Source: an uncultured Acidobacteriota bacterium
Lineage (GTDB): Bacteria; Actinomycetota; Acidimicrobiia; Spongiisociales; ZC4RG35
Assembly (NCBI GenBank): GCA_963828465.1
Contig: CAWHEU010000004.1
Location: 1,340-65,339, forward strand
Direction of reading: 5' to 3'
Length of the DNA stretch: 64,000 bases
Of the stretch, positions 61,012-64,000 are shown in pieces. Under the pieces are notes generated by a model that saw only the letters and a list, made by a program, of their open reading frames with translations, did not search any database and had not been told where the DNA came from. Position numbers and translations under genes: made by a program. How positions within the stretch are numbered: position 1 is the first letter of the stretch; every line of letters starts with the position of its first letter.

Positions 61012-62187
61012 CTAGCTGTCGAGGACGGGTCGTCGCCTGTCGAGCCCGGAGATGATCGAGTAGGCGATGATCAGCCCGAGCAATACGATCCAGGCCCACG
61101 AAGCCTCGATCACCTCCACTGCCAGGTTGAAGTCGGCCTGGAAATCGATCCCGTTGAGTGCGGAAGCCGACCGCACCTCTCCATAGATGTCGCCCTGGAA
61201 GTTGGCTTGGAGCCCACGGGCGGCAGCTCGGATCCCGCTCCCGCCCGGGGCGAACGTCTGGATCGAACCATCGCCGCCCGTCCCCTCGTGATCTGGGCCA
61301 CCCCTATCGGGCCCACCGGCCTGACCCGGCCCGCCGGGGCCTCCGGCGATGAGCGTGGTGGTCGTCGACGAGTCGGGTGCGGTGGAAGTCGTGCTCCCGT
61401 CTCCACCACCCGGGACGGTCGTAGTGGTCGACGTGTCGCTTCCAGGCTCTGACGTCGTAGTCGGAGCCGGTGAGCCTGAGCCGGGGATCGTCGTGGTCGT
61501 CGTGGCGTCAAGCCTCGAAGTGGTGGTGGTAGTGCTGGATGTTGTGGTGGTAGTGGGCTGGGTAGTCGTCGTGGTGGGAACTGTCGTTGTGGTGGCCGGA
61601 GGGAGAGTGGTTGTCGTGGTGGTCGTCGACTCGGTATATGTGCCGAGGATCTCAACGGTGTCGACGAACACCTCACTGCTGAGGAGGAGACCTGAGAAGC
61701 GGAAGCGAACCCGGAAGTTCTCGGAACTGAAGTCGCTCACGTCGATGCTGGCGTGTTCGTTGATGCCGGAGGACAGTTGATACTCGGCGACCTCGACCCA
61801 GCCGCTACCACCGTTGACCTGCACCTCTAGGGTGGAGGCGAGGAGCGACGACGTGCTCCTGACATCGAAACTGAGTGTTGCCTCCTCGAAAAGGCTGGTA
61901 TCGGCAGACCGCACCGCACCGATCGGGCCGAGCAGGGTCGTGAGAGCGCTCATCCGCATGCAGGTGCCCGAGCAGTTCCCCGACGACACGACCCGCACGT
62001 TGCCTTTCTTCTCGTCCCCGTCGTCCCCAATCTCGCTCCACGGCCCAGGCCAGGGCAACGATCCGTCCGAGCCATGCCAGCTGATCGAAGTGAACTTGTC
62101 TTTGTATTCCTCCGTGTCATGCGCCGAGGCGGTGACCGCCAGACCCATCAGAGCGAACGTCACCAGAGCTGCGGTCAGACGTCTCAA
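61012..62187 (-). CDS. Hypothetical secreted protein: beta-rich domain, long Thr/Pro/Gly-rich linker, C-terminal TM anchor
   Basis: Signal peptide 'LVTFALMGLAVTASA', a low-complexity 'TTTTTTLPPATTTTVPTTTTTQPTTTTTSSTTTTT' stretch and the TM 'WAWIVLLGLIIAYSIISGL'. 4-nt overlap with the upstream kinase gene. Confidence 0.55.
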   Translation of the reverse strand: MRRLTAALVTFALMGLAVTASAHDTEEYKDKFTSISWHGSDGSLPWPGPWSEIGDDGDEKKGNVRVVSSGNCSGTCMRMSALTTLLGPIGAVRSADTSLFEEATLSFDVRSTSSLLASTLEVQVNGGSGWVEVAEYQLSSGINEHASIDVSDFSSENFRVRFRFSGLLLSSEVFVDTVEILGTYTESTTTTTTTLPPATTTTVPTTTTTQPTTTTTSSTTTTTSRLDATTTTTIPGSGSPAPTTTSEPGSDTSTTTTVPGGGDGSTTSTAPDSSTTTTLIAGGPGGPGQAGGPDRGGPDHEGTGGDGSIQTFAPGGSGIRAAARGLQANFQGDIYGEVRSASALNGIDFQADFNLAVEVIEASWAWIVLLGLIIAYSIISGLDRRRPVLDS

Positions 62188-63581
62188 GCCGACATCGCCC
62201 GGATCAGATGGGCCACGGTCGTGTCGTCGGCCTTCGGACCGTCGACCGCTTCGGCGAGAACGGGAAGCGACACGATGAAGTAGCTCTTCTGGGCGAAGCG
62301 CTGGTAGACGAGCTTTCCACCGAGCAACTCCATGAGACGCGAGGCCACCCCGAGACCCAGACCTAGCGTCCCCGTCATCAGCGTTGCTGCGCCGTTGTGG
62401 ATGAAGGTGTCGAAGAGCCTCTCCAACTGGACGTCGGGCACACCTTCGCCGTCGTCCCAGACTTCGATGTCGACCACGTCGTCTCCGGTCGACACTTCGA
62501 CCCCGATATTGGGGCCGCCGTGGCGGGCAGCGTTGGAGATGAGATTGATCAGAACGTGGCGGAGACGTGCAGCGTCGGTAGACACGATGGCGTCCACACC
62601 GGCCTTCTTGATCTTGAGACCCGCACGTTCGAAGGGAAGGATGGCCGAGTCGACCACGTCGGTGACATGGGTCGGGCTCAACTCGATTTGGACCCCGGTG
62701 CTCTCGAGCCGGGCCACAGCAAGGAGATCGTCGACCATACGGGTCATCTCGGCCGCCTCGTTGGCGATTATCTGGGAGACCTCGACGGCAGTCGCCTGGT
62801 CCTCGGCTCCACCGTCTGTGAGGATCTCCGCGAACCCGTAGATCGAAGTGAGCGGGGTACGCAGCTCGTGGGAGAGGCCGGCGATGAATTCGTCCTTGGC
62901 CCGCCCGATCTCCCTCTCCTTCTCCAGTTCTAGATCGACCTTGAGACGGAGCTCACGCATCTGGCGGCGGGCCACGAAGCGGTAGATGAGCACTGCCGAT
63001 GCGGGAATGGCCAGCATGAGGAAGAACTGGATGAACTCGGTGGTACGGCGGGAACCCGCCGTGTTGGCGTCGATCTGGGCCTGAATCTCGGTCTGCTCGG
63101 TCTGGAGGGAGTCGACCAGGCCGGTGTAGGCCCGCTCCCCATCGTTCATCAACATTGCTTTGGATGCGCTGAAGTCACCGTTGTCGAGGTGGGCCAGAGC
63201 CTCGTCCATCCGGGCCAGGAAATGGGTCAGTGCCGCGGTAGAGACGCTCGACCCCGAGGCATCGAGGAGCTCGGCCAGCCGTTCCCGCGCATCGTGGGCC
63301 TCGCCCATTGCAGCTGCCAGGTCGTCCTGTGTGACGAGCCCGCTGCCCGCCAGTTCCGAGAAGGTGGTGGCCTGGACCACTGCCGCTCGGGTCAGGGCAC
63401 CGGTGCCGAGGGTGGCATTGGTCCAATGCAGGTCGGAGGCGTTCCCCGCCACGCGGGCTGCGCCGACCGAGTTGGCGAAGGTGAGACCAACGACGAGGAC
63501 GACGAGCACCAGCGTTGCCCCGATGGCGATCCCAACCGCGCGTCGCCGCGCTGTTGGACTGGACAGGCGCTCCGTCCCCAT
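62184..63581 (-). CDS. Sensor histidine kinase (2 TM, helical extracytoplasmic sensor)
   Basis: H-box 'FIAGLSHELRTPLTSIYGF', N-box 'LINLISNAARHGG', 'VWDDGEGVP' and 'GLGLGVASRL'. Confidence 0.85.
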   Translation of the reverse strand: MGTERLSSPTARRRAVGIAIGATLVLVVLVVGLTFANSVGAARVAGNASDLHWTNATLGTGALTRAAVVQATTFSELAGSGLVTQDDLAAAMGEAHDARERLAELLDASGSSVSTAALTHFLARMDEALAHLDNGDFSASKAMLMNDGERAYTGLVDSLQTEQTEIQAQIDANTAGSRRTTEFIQFFLMLAIPASAVLIYRFVARRQMRELRLKVDLELEKEREIGRAKDEFIAGLSHELRTPLTSIYGFAEILTDGGAEDQATAVEVSQIIANEAAEMTRMVDDLLAVARLESTGVQIELSPTHVTDVVDSAILPFERAGLKIKKAGVDAIVSTDAARLRHVLINLISNAARHGGPNIGVEVSTGDDVVDIEVWDDGEGVPDVQLERLFDTFIHNGAATLMTGTLGLGLGVASRLMELLGGKLVYQRFAQKSYFIVSLPVLAEAVDGPKADDTTVAHLIRAMSA

Positions 63582-63738
63582 GATGATTGGTTATCGGAGA
63601 TTTCGCGCATTTTTCTTTAGGGGCCGGTGGACCCTTGCGCGGGCCTCAAGGTCGGTCCCCGGGGCACCAACTCGTGCTCGTCGAAAAACCTCGACGAGGG
63701 TATGGATTCTGTCGGGGTCCTGTTGTAGTGTCGAACGT

Positions 63739-64000
63739 ATGTTCGATACCGAGATTCTGCCACCTGATCTCGACCTTCTCGATTCGGAGCAGGTGGACGA
63801 CCACGGGCTGCCTGCTGATCTAGAAACGATCCCACCGGGTCTGCTGCTGGCAGTGATCCTGTCCAGCGTGGACCGGGATGAATTGTCGGGGTTTGACCGG
63901 GTGGAATTGTTGAAGGCTCGGAGCCGGCTGATTTCTCATCTTCAAGCCGAGCTGTACGCCGACATCCATTCCGTCTCCGAGGCGGTCTCGGACCTGGACC
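63739..64000 (+). CDS. DUF222-like (13E12-repeat/HNH endonuclease family) protein, N-terminal fragment continuing beyond the window
   Basis: 'IPPGLLLAVILSSVDRDELSGFDRVELLKARSRLISHLQAELYADI' matches the usual DUF222 N-terminal pattern. The ORF is open at the window edge. Confidence 0.55.
   Translation, partial: MFDTEILPPDLDLLDSEQVDDHGLPADLETIPPGLLLAVILSSVDRDELSGFDRVELLKARSRLISHLQAELYADIHSVSEAVSDLD

Noticed and set aside
61350-61650. A possible CRISPR or other repeat array in the repetitive ACC/ACG-rich DNA, and likewise in the 48-bp repeats at 19789-19932.
   Set aside because: Both tracts are in-frame coding low-complexity or tandem repeats (a Thr-rich stalk and a Pro-rich tail). There are no spacers and no unique intervening sequences.
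63620-63669. A tRNA-like or mini-helix sequence ending in '...GGGGCACCA'.
   Set aside because: It is only ~50 nt. I could draw no acceptor stem complementarity, T-loop (GTTCGAAT-like) or anticodon arm. It is probably a chance match inside a promoter region.

Overview
High-GC, very gene-dense segment with about 60 protein genes. Many neighbouring genes share 4-nt ATGA/GTGA start-stop overlaps. I found no rRNA, tRNA, CRISPR array or transposase. The gene content points to Actinomycetota: an F420-type LLM oxidoreductase, TadE/TadG pseudopilins, a SigB-type partner-switching module, and DUF222-, DUF4383- and DUF6328-like proteins. All family calls come from motif recognition by eye; no database search was run.

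Gene blocks:
- 1-8.4 kb: glycoside utilisation. GH3 beta-glucosidase, LacI regulator, GH78 rhamnosidase and a CUT1-type ABC importer with tandem LacI-type operators.
- 8.4-15.7 kb: aldo/keto reductase, a TetR-controlled alpha/beta-hydrolase-glycosyltransferase fusion, and GH57 plus GlgB.
- 15.9-20 kb: a TadE-TadE-TadG pseudopilin-only operon, divergent from an ECF sigma / anti-sigma-like pair.
- 20-26.4 kb: ASCH-like protein, ExeM/NucH extracellular nuclease, and two tandem HtrA-like proteases divergent from an HxlR regulator.
- 26.4-34.5 kb: an envelope/general-stress island. It holds an orphan histidine kinase with an anchored secreted protein, a NIT-PP2C phosphatase, and the operon Rho_N protein / RsbW-like / STAS / SigB-like sigma. 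The sigma carries a fused degenerate RsbW-like N-domain. DUF6328-like, membrane proteins, a 19-aa hydrophobic mini-ORF and OsmC follow.
- 34.5-44.5 kb: typA, small ORFs, a CGNR zinc-finger protein, a cyclase-STAND-TPR protein, an LLM oxidoreductase, metX and lysA.
- 44.5-54.7 kb: reductive pyrimidine/beta-alanine catabolism. mmsA, dihydropyrimidinase, beta-ureidopropionase and an ABC importer.
- 54.8-64 kb: MFS transporter, PadR unit, AlkZ/YcaQ-like protein, a second orphan kinase with an anchored secreted protein, and a DUF222 gene at the edge.

The main technical observation is six apparent single-base frameshifts in otherwise intact genes, four of the six at G/C homopolymer runs. This suggests indel errors in the assembly rather than gene decay.

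No known defence or mobile system is recognisable. The most unusual candidates are:
- the sigma factor with a fused anti-sigma-like domain;
- the pseudopilin-only Tad module paired with an ECF sigma;
- the mini-ORF;
- the heptad-repeat spacer before lysA;
- paired palindromic elements bracketing the pyrimidine-catabolism genes.
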